NCBI GenBank assembly: GCA_041946805.1
Contig: JBHGBC010000001.1
Location: 64,001 to 128,000, forward strand
From: a bacterium
GTDB taxonomy: Bacteria > Hinthialibacterota > Hinthialibacteria > Hinthialibacterales > Hinthialibacteraceae
Reading direction: 5' to 3'
Length of the DNA stretch: 64,000 nucleotides
The first letter of the stretch is position 1; every line of letters begins with the position of its first letter. The position numbers and the translations under genes were made by a program. The notes under the pieces are model-generated. The model did not search any database, was not told where the DNA came from, and was given only the letters and a program-made list of their open reading frames with translations. Below are positions 11,256-20,372 of the stretch, piece after piece.

Positions 11256-11324
11256 ACCCAAAGATATTCCAATTTTATTTTCCCTCTCCTTCAAATCCCG
11301 CCTATTCTATTCTATATCCAGAAT

Positions 11325-12032
11325 TCACTCGCCATTTTTCTTTTTTTCTCCCCGTTTCGCGTCCGCGGGGGACCGTCTCCAAGGCTCGCTGACCACCACG
11401 ACCGGAAACGCGGCGTAGACAGCCGGTTCCTCCTTGGGTTTTTTCATCTGCCGGTGGAGAAACGATAATCCCCACGACAGGGTTTTGGCTTCCCCGGGCA
11501 GCAGGACCGCTTCCCGCCCGTTCCAGCGGGCGATCAGCCCCTCCCGCCAGATGTCGGCGGCCTCCGGATCGTCCAGGTGCCGCGCCGCGCCGGTGAAGGT
11601 GACCACGAACCGTAATGCATCCAGCTCGTAGGGATCCAAGGGCGGATGCCGGGGATCTTCCGACACAAGCCGCCGGCATTGCTGGGCGATTTCATCCCCC
11701 AGCGTGGGCCCGGTGGGAGCGAAGGTCCCCACGCAGGCGCGCACCTGCCGGCCTTTCATGGCCGTGACAAACACCCCGGCGGCCTGGTCCAGCCACGGAA
11801 AACGGGTATTCGTGGCCGGGAGCGGCTCTCCCGCCGCCAGCGCGCTCACCGTGGTCCGGACGAAGGCCAACAGCGCGGGGCCTTCGGGGCCTTTCGCCCA
11901 CTCGGTGTAGGCCTGGAGCGCTTCCCCGGGATTGGGAGAGGGAACGATCAGGACAGAGGCTGGGAATCCCGGGGCGGGCAGCGCCGCGGTCATCGTCAGG
12001 ATCAAGCTGGAAAAGAGACTCAAACGGTTCAT
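11325..12032 (-). CDS. AMMECR1-domain protein with predicted signal peptide
   Basis: AGVFVT...VRACVGT (LRGCIG-like), EDPRHPPL...EL, EGLI...AVLLPGE; hydrophobic N-terminus; ATGA overlap with vanW stop. Confidence 0.8.
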   Translation of the reverse strand: MNRLSLFSSLILTMTAALPAPGFPASVLIVPSPNPGEALQAYTEWAKGPEGPALLAFVRTTVSALAAGEPLPATNTRFPWLDQAAGVFVTAMKGRQVRACVGTFAPTGPTLGDEIAQQCRRLVSEDPRHPPLDPYELDALRFVVTFTGAARHLDDPEAADIWREGLIARWNGREAVLLPGEAKTLSWGLSFLHRQMKKPKEEPAVYAAFPVVVVSEPWRRSPADAKRGEKKKNGE

Positions 12033-12742
12033 GGTTCCCGGGGAGTTTGCACAATGCGGGCTGGATAATAATCGGTGTGAATGAGTTGCCGGGCGAGGAT
12101 TTTTCCTTCTTTCTGGCGGATCCGGTAGAGTTTGATTTCGATTCCCGGCTCGGAGGTTTCATCGGGATGCGGACTGGGCGATTCCACGATCTCGGTTTCC
12201 AACCGCAGTTCGTCCGCGAGGGGTTGTTCACCATAAATCTGGAAGGTGAGGGTGGAATCGGAAACCCGGCCGATGATTTGCACGCTGCCGGGCGAGGTGT
12301 TGCGGAAACGGAAATCCTTGGTTCCCCAGCTGATGGTGGCGTCCATGCCGAGGGGAAGGTAGTTGACGGGCGTGTAATGGCGATGCCGCTCCACCACCTT
12401 CAAATCCGAGAGCAGCACGGCGTTGAACAGGGTGGAGGAGACCTGGCAGATCCCGCCGCCGGTCACGGGGCGCAGGGCTTCATGCACGATGGCGGGCGCG
12501 GGCAGAAAACCCGCGGCCCGGGTGCGCGGCCCGACAGTTTGATTGTAGGAAAAGGTCTCGCCCGGAAGCAGGATTTTGCCCGAGATTTTCTCGACGGCGG
12601 CGCGGATGTTTTGAATCCGTTCGGGCGTGCTTCCCGCCAGCGGGGAGGAGCAACTGCCCAGTAGGAATGGCAGTTGGATATCAGCCGAAACGCTGTCCAG
12701 GGGCAGTAAAAGAATCAACAGGCGGAAGAACCATCTCCACAT
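12029..12742 (-). CDS. VanW-family protein (putative peptidoglycan transpeptidase), exported
   Basis: RIQNI...LLPGETFSYNQTVGPRT, GGGICQVSSTLFNAVL, ERHRH, YLPLGMDAT, DFRFRN. Confidence 0.9.
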   Translation of the reverse strand: MWRWFFRLLILLLPLDSVSADIQLPFLLGSCSSPLAGSTPERIQNIRAAVEKISGKILLPGETFSYNQTVGPRTRAAGFLPAPAIVHEALRPVTGGGICQVSSTLFNAVLLSDLKVVERHRHYTPVNYLPLGMDATISWGTKDFRFRNTSPGSVQIIGRVSDSTLTFQIYGEQPLADELRLETEIVESPSPHPDETSEPGIEIKLYRIRQKEGKILARQLIHTDYYPARIVQTPREP

Positions 12743-12810
12743 TGTTGGGATCACGATACCCCACCCCCACGGCATGGTGTTTCAATCAGCTGACGAAATT
12801 CCAGCCTCTT

Positions 12811-14088
12811 TTATTCATCCTTCACCGATTCATCCGCCGGATCGGAAACATCCTCGCCCTCACCCGCCTTGGGAGTATTCAGTTTCACCAGCAGGCGGAA
12901 ATCCATCCGGTCCAGCAGGCGGTTGACGGTTTCACTTTCCAGGATCCAGTTCGAATCCGTTCCCCGCGGCAGGTTCCGGTTCCGTTGCCGCTGCTCGACC
13001 ATCTCTTGGAAAAGCCGGTCCGCCTTTTGATACCGCCGGTAGGCCTCGGTTTTTTGGATCACCTCTTCTTTTTTGTTGAACCCCCGCGCGTAAGCCAACC
13101 GCAGCAGGGCTTGCCGGTATTCCTCGTCCGGTTCGCCGCCATCCTCGGCCAGATTGGGAGGCAGCCCGACGGCTTCATAGCGGTGGATGGTCCGTTTGTT
13201 CTCTTCCAGAATGGTCCGGATCTTGGATTTGCACTCCTCGAAGGGAATCAAGCCTTCCGGTTGTTCGTCCAGCAATTGTATGAAATGCGTGCTTTGCCCC
13301 ACGAGAACCGGCCCGGTGATTTCACCGACGTCCAGGGCCCACAAGGCTTGATCGAAGTTTTGATGCAACGCCCCCCGCCGCACCCAGCCCAGTACGCCGC
13401 CCCGGTTATTCCCGATCGCGCCGCATTCCTCCGCCAGGGATTGAAAGTCTTCCCCCTGGCGCAGCCGCTCCACAATCCTGGACAATACCGGCCGCCCGGC
13501 TTCCGCTTCCTCCGTCGCGCCGCGGGATTCGCCGGACAACATGATATACCGGGCCAGGCGCTTCCCTTCACGGTGGAACAGGTCCGGATTATCCACATAG
13601 TAGGCCAGCATCTCTTCTTGAGTCACGAGGGGGGAGAAGCGGGCCAGTTCGTTTTCCAGGGATTCGGCCATGATCTCCTCGCGGTATTTTTGGATGGGAT
13701 CCTGGCCTTCGAGGACGTGTTCCGAGTCCGGATAACGGTCCAGATATTTCACGATGGCAATGTGTTTGATGATGTTTTGGATCAACAGCTGGCCCAGGCT
13801 GGAATGCAGCAATTCCAAGTCTTTTTCCACCAGGCCGATGCCCGTTACGTCTTCGGGAGAGAGTTCCAACGCCTGAAGGATGGACCGTTCCTCCTTGGGC
13901 GGATTTTCGAAATAGAACCGCAAATCCTCCCGGGTGACCCGGCCGTCCTCGAACAACGCGATCACGCTCTCCTGGACCAGGCGGTCCATCCATGCGCGGC
14001 GGCTGGACTGGTAATATTGGCCGTACACCAGCGCGGCGAACACCGGCAGGCACAAAAACAGAATCGACAGGCGGACTTGCTTTCTCAT
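12811..14088 (-). CDS. PpiC/parvulin-type peptidyl-prolyl isomerase or chaperone, N-terminally anchored
   Basis: GEDFQSLAEE...GGVLGWVRRG...FDQALWALDVGEITGPV rotamase motif; N-terminal TM helix. Confidence 0.8.
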   Translation of the reverse strand: MRKQVRLSILFLCLPVFAALVYGQYYQSSRRAWMDRLVQESVIALFEDGRVTREDLRFYFENPPKEERSILQALELSPEDVTGIGLVEKDLELLHSSLGQLLIQNIIKHIAIVKYLDRYPDSEHVLEGQDPIQKYREEIMAESLENELARFSPLVTQEEMLAYYVDNPDLFHREGKRLARYIMLSGESRGATEEAEAGRPVLSRIVERLRQGEDFQSLAEECGAIGNNRGGVLGWVRRGALHQNFDQALWALDVGEITGPVLVGQSTHFIQLLDEQPEGLIPFEECKSKIRTILEENKRTIHRYEAVGLPPNLAEDGGEPDEEYRQALLRLAYARGFNKKEEVIQKTEAYRRYQKADRLFQEMVEQRQRNRNLPRGTDSNWILESETVNRLLDRMDFRLLVKLNTPKAGEGEDVSDPADESVKDE

Positions 14089-14141
14089 GGAACGCTTTCA
14101 GCGGACGGCCGGGACAAGGTACGGGGAAGAATGGATTTCCG

Positions 14142-15146
14142 TCACCCGAGCACTTCTTCCAACAGGGGCAGATCCTCCACCCAGGGATTCCGCCGCCAGG
14201 CGAATTTCTTCAACTCCCGCAGATGAGCGCCGCTCAACAGACGGCCGTCCGAGGGGGCGGTGTTCAGTTCCGCCTGGCGGAGGTTGCGGATCCCGGGGAT
14301 CACGGTGTTCACTTCGGCATGGCTGAGCACCCAGCGCAAGGCCAGTTCCGCCAACGGCATGCCCGGCAGGTTGACATCGGCCCATTCGCGGATTTTTTCC
14401 ACCCGCTGCACGGATGCTTTCAGATTGTCACCATGGAAATAAATGGAACGGAAATCTTCTTCCGGAAACGTCTCGTCCCCCTTGTATTTCCCGGTCAGGG
14501 AGCCTTCATCGTACGGCACGCGGATGATGGTTCCCACGCCCAACTGCCGGCATACCGGCAGCAACGTTTCGCGGGGGTGCTGTTCAAACAAGTTGAAGAT
14601 GACCTGCAGCGTGTCGATCGCGCCCGTTTGCAGGGCCCCGATCACGCATTCCGGATAGCTCTCGGTGGTGGAGATGCCGAACGCCCGGATTTTCCCTTGC
14701 TTCTTGAGATTCTCGCCCAATTCGAAGATTTCGTCGACGGTGTTCCAGGTTTCGCACCATGTATGGAGCTGGTACATGTCGATGCAGTCCGTGCCGAGGT
14801 TCTTCAGGCTGGTCTCCACCCCTTCCCGGATGTAATCCAAGGGGAACGTGCGGGTGTAGGGAGTCCAGGAAGGCGGGCTCCAGACCCGGTCCTTGGGAGG
14901 CAGCTTGGTGGCGACGTAGATCCGTTCTTTCCGTTCCTTCAAGACTTGGCCGATCAGCCGCTCGCTCCGGCCTTCCCCGTAGGCCTGGGCGGTGTCGATG
15001 AAATTGCCCCCCACGTCGAGGTATTTGTGGAGTGCGGCCAGCGATTCCCGGTCGTCCTGCGCGCCCCACCACCCGCCGATCGCCCACGCCCCGAAGCCGA
15101 TTTCCGAGATTTCCCAGCCCAACTTGCCAAAACGCCTGGTTTTCAT
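14142..15146 (-). CDS. Aldo/keto reductase
   Basis: SEIGFGAW, FIDTAQAYG, VATK, SLKNLGTDCIDMYQLH, VIPGIRN; GGAGG RBS. Confidence 0.93.
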   Translation of the reverse strand: MKTRRFGKLGWEISEIGFGAWAIGGWWGAQDDRESLAALHKYLDVGGNFIDTAQAYGEGRSERLIGQVLKERKERIYVATKLPPKDRVWSPPSWTPYTRTFPLDYIREGVETSLKNLGTDCIDMYQLHTWCETWNTVDEIFELGENLKKQGKIRAFGISTTESYPECVIGALQTGAIDTLQVIFNLFEQHPRETLLPVCRQLGVGTIIRVPYDEGSLTGKYKGDETFPEEDFRSIYFHGDNLKASVQRVEKIREWADVNLPGMPLAELALRWVLSHAEVNTVIPGIRNLRQAELNTAPSDGRLLSGAHLRELKKFAWRRNPWVEDLPLLEEVLG

Positions 15147-15235
15147 TCCAGCCTCCTTATTTTCAGAAGGGCGTCTGTTCAATACGGCGTGCCCGTCCTC
15201 CCGTCCGGTGGGTCAGAAAAAGCCAACTCACCCTA

Positions 15236-15268
15236 CCCTCTCCCTCACGGAGAGGGTCAGGGTGAGGG
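15236..15268 (+). repeat. CCCTCTCCC-family REP
   Basis: CCCTCTCCCTCACGGAGAGGGTCAGGGTGAGGG. Confidence 0.8.
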
Positions 15269-15419
15269 AATTCCTTGTTTCCGTACCGCCTTTACCATCA
15301 TTTGAACAACGTTTCATCCGCTTGGCGTTGAACAGAACACCGCTCCTCATTTTATAGCCGGAAACGGGAAAGCATCCACCTGGATGCAGGCTTATCGTTC
15401 GATGAATTGATCGCCGGAT

Positions 15420-15983
15420 TCATTTCCTGGCCGGAGTCGCTTCCTCGACGGCTTGTGTCGCTGCTTCGACGGCTGGCGTGGCCGGCAGCGGCGGTGGCGC
15501 GGCCGTGGGGGTGGCCACCTCCGGCGTGGCTGAAGCAGGCGCCGGGGAAACGATGTTACCCTCCGTGTCGAACTCCACCCGGTGGATTAAAACGGCGCGG
15601 GGAATCCACCCCTCGGCTCCGGTCCAGGCCGCGGCCTTGATCCAGGCATTGCCTTTCGGATTTTCGAGGATTTTCACTTCCAGGCCGGGATAGAGTTCCG
15701 CCACCGGGGCCGCCTGTTCGTCCGGCTGTTCACGGAGAAAAGATTTTTGTCCAATGAGAACCGGCTCGGCGGCGCTGACGCTTTTGACATCCCGGGCGTA
15801 AAATTGAAAGAGACGCTCGTCTTTGGTCACGACCGTCACCACCACCCGGCCGGCCGATTCGCGGACGATCACCCGTCCCTCTCGGATGCCGTGCCGGGTT
15901 TCCACCACGGCTGCCTTCCCGCCGATGGGAAAAGCGGCCAAAATGAGAAAAACGGAACAACTCAGTGGGAATCGGAATCGCAT
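15420..15983 (-). CDS. Exported SH3b-like domain protein with Pro/Ala/Thr tail
   Basis: Signal peptide; LREQPD...VAELYPG..VKILE...WIK...EGWIP pattern. Confidence 0.65.
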   Translation of the reverse strand: MRFRFPLSCSVFLILAAFPIGGKAAVVETRHGIREGRVIVRESAGRVVVTVVTKDERLFQFYARDVKSVSAAEPVLIGQKSFLREQPDEQAAPVAELYPGLEVKILENPKGNAWIKAAAWTGAEGWIPRAVLIHRVEFDTEGNIVSPAPASATPEVATPTAAPPPLPATPAVEAATQAVEEATPARK

Positions 15984-16052
15984 GATCTGGGAATTCCTCC
16001 GCCATGATCGTATCGGGGGGATTCGGATTTTGCAACACCCGGAAAGAAAAAA

Positions 16053-16280
16053 GTGATCCCCTGGACATCCAGATCCTTCATCGCGGCGTTGCTTCCCCTG
16101 CCTCTGTTCCTGGCCTTGTCTGGCTGCGCCTCCGGCCCGCGCCGGGAGCAGCCCGCGGCCGTATCCGGAGAGGCAATCGCCCAGCCGGTTCCGGAACCAG
16201 CCGGTACGAAGGAGATAACCCCGTCCCTGGACGATTTGCGGGGCTATTTGCTCCCCGCCCGCCCACGAACGCCCCGGTAA
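16053..16280 (+). CDS. Small putative lipoprotein
   Basis: Hydrophobic stretch ending in lipobox LSGC; GTG start. Confidence 0.5.
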   Translation: MIPWTSRSFIAALLPLPLFLALSGCASGPRREQPAAVSGEAIAQPVPEPAGTKEITPSLDDLRGYLLPARPRTPR

Positions 16281-17033
16281 GGGGAGAGGGGGGCATTCAG
16301 CGTCCTGGGGGGCATTCCCTCACCCGAATCCTCTTGAGAGGGCAAGGGGATTTGGTCTGAATCAGGATGGCCAGGATAGTCAAGGTGACCAGGATGATGA
16401 GTAATCTCGGCCAGACTTCCCCATCACGGTCTGGGGATTGATCTTCGTGGAACGCTTTCTATTTCTTTTTCCCTTCCAATCCCATGCACAGGCCAGTGCA
16501 TAAGGGCTTACTCCAACTTATCCTCTCCGCGATGGCGGGAAACCCTGGTATTTTCCTGCAGTATGATCTTCCTCCGTGAGGTGAAAGAGCGAATTTACGA
16601 TTTCCTTCACCCTGATCCTTGAATAACAAGACGCCGTGATTCACACACTCCATAGGCATACGGCATCGGGCGCGAGGCAGCATTACATAATAAAAACAAA
16701 AATACCAACGAATAAACCGGTTTTTCGAAAGCGCCGTTCAGAGAAAGGGAGGGATGGGAAGACAGGAAGAGGCGTGGGCACGGTTGGAGGAAACCGCGAC
16801 TCACCCTTTCGGATAGGGAAAGAGTCATCTTTCCGAACTCCCGCTGCCAGAGAACGGAGACTCCCGGCGAAGCATGGTCATGCCGCCTCGGTTCCGGGTG
16901 ACCGGAATAATCCACGAATTTCAGGAGGAGGGAAAAACGTAGGATGGATTAGCGCGTAACGCGTAATCCATCATGGGCTTTTGCAGGGGCGGACCTTGGT
17001 GTCCACCCGCGTCATGTTATTTTCTCCCGTCCC

Positions 17034-17537
17034 TCACAAATCGTAAAACTGCAAATCCACCGCCTTGCGCATCTTGGTGATGTACGAAATCTGTCCCAGG
17101 TGCTGCGAAAAATGCTCCACCACATGAAAGATCGCCGCCAAGCCGGTCACGTCGAAACCCTGGATTTTCCGCGGCTCCAGGATGCGGGTGAGGTCGAACT
17201 TGTCCAGCACCCGCCCGGCGTCGTTGAGCGCGTCCTCCAGCAAGGCCACCAACTGGGCCTTGGGAATCGGGCCCTGCTCCCGGAACTCGGCGGGACGGTC
17301 GCGGATGTCTTCCTCTCCCCCGAGGCCATGCACGATCCATTGCCGCACATTGCCGCTTAAATGCAACATCAGGTTACCCACGCTGTTGCTTTCCAGGTTG
17401 GGCCGCCACCACAGATCCTCCTCCGGCAATATGTCCATGCATTGCAGGATTTTGGGGAAATAATCCTCCAGCAGTATGGACCGGGCGAAACTCACGAACA
17501 CTTGCGTGGCCGGCAGGTTGTCACTCATCGGATTCAT
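17034..17537 (-). CDS. DinB/DUF1572-like protein
   Basis: WWRPN.ESNSVGNLMLHLSGNVRQW, RDRPAEF, HVVEHFSQHLGQI. Confidence 0.85.
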   Translation of the reverse strand: MNPMSDNLPATQVFVSFARSILLEDYFPKILQCMDILPEEDLWWRPNLESNSVGNLMLHLSGNVRQWIVHGLGGEEDIRDRPAEFREQGPIPKAQLVALLEDALNDAGRVLDKFDLTRILEPRKIQGFDVTGLAAIFHVVEHFSQHLGQISYITKMRKAVDLQFYDL

Positions 17538-17685
17538 TCTCTCCCTCGTTCTGTTGAGTTTTCGTAATGAATGATTTACTGAAACGCGGAACTGTCTTTC
17601 CAGCGCCGATGGCGCGGCATGAGCCTATCCCAGGGCGTCAGCCCCGGGACGGCTGTGACTCAAGTAATGAATTCACTCTCCCTCT

Positions 17686-17996
17686 GGGTTGATCTTTACC
17701 CACAAGTCTTTGATGGATGTCATCCCCGCGCCAGCGGGGATCCAGGACATGGTGGTGCGGGCATCCTGCCTCCATCCAATCCCGAAGGGATTGAATGTGA
17801 ATATCCGGGGGTGACAATCCCGGTATCATTCCCAAAGGTGGCGATCCCGAAGGGATCGAATGGGATATTCAACCCCTGTGGGGTTGGTTCTTTTTTTACA
17901 CCTTACCGTAGGCTGTCGCCTACGGCTATTCATATGTATCCCCTGCGGGGATGATATTCTATTGTATGAAAATGACTTTTGGGTAAAGATCAGCCC
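17686..17996. mobile_element. 311-bp MITE with 23-bp terminal inverted repeats and 3-bp TCT target duplication
   Basis: Left end GGGTTGATCTTTACCCACAAGTC, right end GACTTTTGGGTAAAGATCAGCCC (2 mismatches); TCT on both sides; no transposase ORF. Confidence 0.85.
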
Positions 17997-18194
17997 TCTG
18001 GGAGAGGGGTAGGGTGAGGGAAGCCCTGAAAGGGCGCCATCCCTCTTATCCATACAATCAAATAAACAGTTACCCATTGCTATGTAGGATACTTTGGAAA
18101 AACTCAATGGAACCTACGGTATTGAATCAGTAAAAAACTACCCAAAACACAATCCGGTTGTTTCGTTCCCGCGAAGCCCGCCGGAGGAAATCGC

Positions 18195-19562
18195 CTACGG
18201 GTATTCCAGCACCAGCCGCAGGCCGAGATAGGGATCGCGGGCGGCGGGATCCCCGCTGACGCGCTGGGCGGACCGGTTGGCCCAGGCATACCCGGGGGGC
18301 GGCGCGCTGCGGATGGCCACCAGGCGGATTGAAGGCTCGCCCTTGGGATCCAGCTGGGGGGTGGAGGGATAGGGGCCATAACCGTCCTCGCACCATTCCA
18401 TCACGTTTCCGCAGATATCGTACAATCCCCAGGGATTCGGCCTTTTCAAGCCCACCTCGAAGGTTTGCCGCTCGGAATTCTCCAGGTACCAGGCGTAACG
18501 GCCGATTTCCGATCGTTGCGGATCGTCGCCCCAAAAAAAGGCGGTAAAGGTCCCCGCCCGGCAGGCGTATTCCCATTCCGCCTCCGTGGGCAGGCGGAAC
18601 GTCCCCTGATTCAGGGTGTTGAGCCGGTCGATGAATTCATGACAATCGTGCCACGACACCCGTTCCACCGGCCGGTTCACCGAACCCGTGTGATACGCGG
18701 GATTGCCGCCCATCACCGCTGTCCATTGCGCCTGGGTGACTTCGTATTTCCCCAGGTAAAAGCCGCGGGACAGGGTCACCAGATGCTGTATCTCTTCGGG
18801 GTCGCGGTCCGGTTCACAGGTGGGGCTGCCCATGACGAAAGTTCCCGGCGGAATCCACACCAGTTCCAGGGGGACCGCGCCTTCCGGAAGGGCCAGGTCC
18901 ACGGTCTTCGTGACCGGCGGGACGGGCAGGTGGTTTCCAGCGGGCACGGAAATCACTTGGGGATCATCATCGTCTCCATCCAAAAAGCGCGGATTGTAGA
19001 ACCGGTCCGGATCAAGCTGATAGATTTCGAAATTATCCAAGTAAACGGTGAGGGGATCCGTGGCGCTGATGTTGATCACCTGAATCACCGGCTGGAAGGC
19101 TGTGGAAGGGGGAGCGAAGAAATCCGACAGCCGGCGGTAGCGGTTCACAAAGTAACTCCCCTGGGTGGGCGTGGCGGTGGTGACGAATTCGTTCTCTCCC
19201 CGGTCGAGGATGGCCAGAACGATCTGCGCGTGCGGACCGCCGCTGCGCGCCGAACAACGCACCAGGGCCATGCCGGACATCACGGTCACCGGACCGAACA
19301 GCATGATCCCCTCGCCGGGAGCGGCCTGGATGACCGCTCCCCGGCCGTCCGTGGCGCCGGGAAACGCGGTGTCCACGGGAACCTTGCCGAAGGTCAGGTT
19401 CGCCGGGGGATATTGCCCGAATCCCGCGCCCTGGACCGTAATGTGGTTCTCTTCCGCTGTGTTTCCGGAAAAATCGATCCGCCTGGGCAGGTCTTGCGCC
19501 CAAACGGAGGAGAAGATCATGAGTAGCGCCAGGGAAACGAAGGGACATACGAAATGAATCAT
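18195..19562 (-). CDS. Exported FGE/SUMF1-like domain protein with N-terminal domain of unknown family
   Basis: IPPGTFVMGS, KYEVTQAQW, PVERVSW, RLPTEAEWEYACRAG, PNPWGLYD.CGNV.EWC.D, LGLRL. Confidence 0.88.
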   Translation of the reverse strand: MIHFVCPFVSLALLMIFSSVWAQDLPRRIDFSGNTAEENHITVQGAGFGQYPPANLTFGKVPVDTAFPGATDGRGAVIQAAPGEGIMLFGPVTVMSGMALVRCSARSGGPHAQIVLAILDRGENEFVTTATPTQGSYFVNRYRRLSDFFAPPSTAFQPVIQVINISATDPLTVYLDNFEIYQLDPDRFYNPRFLDGDDDDPQVISVPAGNHLPVPPVTKTVDLALPEGAVPLELVWIPPGTFVMGSPTCEPDRDPEEIQHLVTLSRGFYLGKYEVTQAQWTAVMGGNPAYHTGSVNRPVERVSWHDCHEFIDRLNTLNQGTFRLPTEAEWEYACRAGTFTAFFWGDDPQRSEIGRYAWYLENSERQTFEVGLKRPNPWGLYDICGNVMEWCEDGYGPYPSTPQLDPKGEPSIRLVAIRSAPPPGYAWANRSAQRVSGDPAARDPYLGLRLVLEYP

Positions 19563-19928
19563 CGAATATCCTGCCGAAGCGATCGGAGTGTTTTTTGGAT
19601 TATAAAGGGAATCCGGCCTTCATGCCATTGGAAAAAGGGATCGGCGCGGGATGGGAACCAACCATGAATCAGGGGCGTGTTGCTGCGTGATCCTGCAAAG
19701 CATTGGTTATGAGATCGGGATTCCCGGTTTCCCGGAGAGGATGTCCTGTCTGGAGTAAGGGATCCTGACCGGCGCACGGGCAACGGAAAATCGGCCGTTT
19801 TTCGCACCCCGGCGAAAGAGGTTCAGGCGCACAGAGGATTTGGAGTTCCGCGATTCCGGCAGGCAGAGTTAGTTTGGCGCGGGATGGATTCATTCGAATC
19901 GATCGCTTCGTGATCCATATTGCATGAT

Positions 19929-20372
19929 TCAGTAATGCGCTTCCAGTTTCGATTGACAGATCAGGCACAGTTTGGCGGTGGGCATCGCGTTCAGGCGCGC
20001 TTCCGGGATCTCCTGCCCGCATTTGGAACAGATCCCGTAAGTGCCTTCCTCGATCTTCTGCAAGGCGGTGGTGATTTCGGCCAGCCGGTTGCGTTCGTGT
20101 TCGGCCATACCCAGCCGGGTTTCGTGTTCACTGTAATTGGTGCTCAGATCGACCAAGTCTCCGTGCGAGCCGGAATCGTCCACCGGCTGTTTGCTCCCCA
20201 TGCCTTGCAATAGACTGTTGCGTTCCCTCTCCAATTTGGTTTTGATTTCCAAAATGCGGCCCGGGCTGAATTTTGAATGCGCGGTTTTCTTGGCCGTCTT
20301 CGCGGTGGATTTTTTGGACGCGGATTTGGTTGACGTCTCGGAAGATGTTTTCTTGGTCTTCGTTTTATCCAT
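19929..20372 (-). CDS. DksA/TraR C4 zinc-finger protein
   Basis: Coiled coil with DLVD tip, GTYGICSKCG.EI...RL.AMP.A.LC..CQ. Confidence 0.9.
   Translation of the reverse strand: MDKTKTKKTSSETSTKSASKKSTAKTAKKTAHSKFSPGRILEIKTKLERERNSLLQGMGSKQPVDDSGSHGDLVDLSTNYSEHETRLGMAEHERNRLAEITTALQKIEEGTYGICSKCGQEIPEARLNAMPTAKLCLICQSKLEAHY

Noticed and set aside
17620..18110. Possible CRISPR array from repeated CCCGAAGGGAT hairpins
   Set aside because: No regular repeat-spacer periodicity and no cas genes; explained by REP/MITE nesting
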